Assembly (NCBI RefSeq): GCF_004010195.1
Contig: NC_057728.1
Span: 49,733,476 to 49,797,475 of the forward strand
Length of the DNA: 64,000 nt
DNA from: Chiloscyllium plagiosum
Lineage: Eukaryota
Direction of reading: 5' to 3'
Positions 62,807 through 64,000 of the stretch are shown here, one piece after another. Position 1 is the first letter of the stretch. Every line of letters begins with the position of its first letter. Both the position numbers and the translations under genes were made by a program. The notes under the pieces were generated by a model. That model had not been told where the DNA came from, searched no databases, and saw only the letters and a list, made by a program, of their open reading frames with translations.

Positions 62807-63001
62807 AGGCGAAAGTGAGGACTGCAGATGCTGGAGATTAGAGTCAAGATTCAGGTCAGGCAGCATCCGAAGAGCAGGAAAATCGATACTTCAGGCAGGA
62901 GTCCTTCATCAGAAAGGGTTCCTGCCCAAAATGTCGATTTTCCTGCTCCTCGGATGCTCCCTGAGCTTCTGTGCTTTTCCAGCACCACTCGAAACTTGAC
63001 G
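62807..63001. mobile_element. Palindromic family A element with TSD
   Basis: TSD ATGCCAGACTCT (62795-62806 and 63002-63013). Confidence 0.8.
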
Positions 63002-63675
63002 ATGCCAGACTCTGATTGGTCAAGGGATTGCCCTGAGAACTGAAATGGTGAGTGGCTGTCAATTATTTTATTGGGCTGAAACAGTTGCAGTGTACGCCCA
63101 TTTTTCTGTCTGTAAAGAACAGAGACCTCTGTGTTAATAATATTTAACTTCCAGTATACAGGACTATCTGGGCAAATAATACATTTAGCTTCCAGTGCAC
63201 GTCAAGTGCTTCACATGGCAAGTCCAACCAACAATGTCAAATGTTTTGTCAGTGTCATTCTTTGTGCCCTCAGGATAGAACAGCAAATGTTGTCCAGTTC
63301 AAGAATCACATCTGATGTTAGCCACTGTTGCAAACTGCATCCCATTAACAAAGACTAGAGTCTCTTCTGTGAAGCCTGTTTGCGGTCCATCTTCCACTGC
63401 AGACTCCTGCTCAAGCCCTTCATGGGAGGGAGGGCTCGTAACAGCACAATACCCCCACCAGAAATACTAGTGGTACCCAGATATCACATCCTGTCATGAT
63501 ATAGACTGTCAGAGCAGAATTAAGACATTCAGCCCATTTTGTCTGCCCTACTATTCAATCATGGGTGAATGTTTCTCAATCCCATTCTCATGCCTCCTCC
63601 CTTGATCAGTGACTATGATGAGCCTCTTGTCACTATTACAATCTGGTGAGAGGGCCAATCATTTTGAAACCCTGG

Positions 63676-64000
63676 TAAAAACAAAGACTGCAGATGCTGG
63701 AAACCAGAGTCTAGATTAGAGTGGTGTTGGAAAAGCACAGCAGGTCAGGCAGCATCTGAGGAGCAGGAAAATCGACATTTTGGGCAAAAGCCCTTCATCA
63801 GGAATAGAGGCAGGGTGCCTGCAAAGTGGAGAGATAAATGAGAGGGGGGTGGGGGCGGGGAGAAAGTAGCATAGAGTACAATAGGTGAAGTGTTCCGAGG
63901 CGGAAGATGAGGCGTTCTTCCTCCAGGCATTGGGTGGTGAGGGAGCGGTGATGGAGGAGGCCCAGGACCTGCATGTCCTTGGCAGAGTGGGAGGGGGAGT
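63676..64000 (-). mobile_element. Penelope family A 3' end running off the window
   Basis: Family A tail followed by sequence homologous to the GIY-YIG-distal region at about 56630-56730 (GGAAGATGAGGCGTTCTTCCTCCAGGC...GCATGTCCTTGG). Confidence 0.8.

Noticed and set aside
60440..63400. PKP2 exon 1 or 2 among ORFs 60440-60745, 61506-61727 and 63131-63358
   Set aside because: No recognisable PKP2 N-terminal similarity or convincing phase-0 donor; a diverged exon 2 could have been missed by eye.

Overview
Vertebrate genomic DNA, almost certainly a cartilaginous fish (shark), inferred from HE1-like V-SINEs, CR1/HER1-like LINEs and shark-type Penelope repeats. Two minus-strand genes are present. 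(1) A complete three-exon thyrotropin-beta-like gene: TATA box at 7927-7934, short non-coding exon ending at 7863, coding exons 6625-6786 and 3317-3595, giving 146 aa with all 12 cystine-knot cysteines. It is most likely the paralogue TSHbeta2 rather than canonical TSHB, because it lies next to PKP2. (2) The last 11 coding exons of plakophilin-2 (PKP2), 58601 to 23570, which splice in frame (2346 nt; 781 aa plus stop); exons 1-2 were not found and probably lie beyond the right edge. The rest is dense with retroelements: CR1 (one young copy with a 395-aa open RT frame), Tx1/L1, Rex1, Penelope, SINEs and 33-bp minisatellites. The most striking non-genic pattern is a large population of short, often hairpin-shaped Penelope-derived elements from about four sequence families that carry hammerhead ribozyme cores and 9-15 bp target-site duplications. 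Repeat boundaries are approximate unless a TSD is given; family names and human comparisons are from recall, not from searches.
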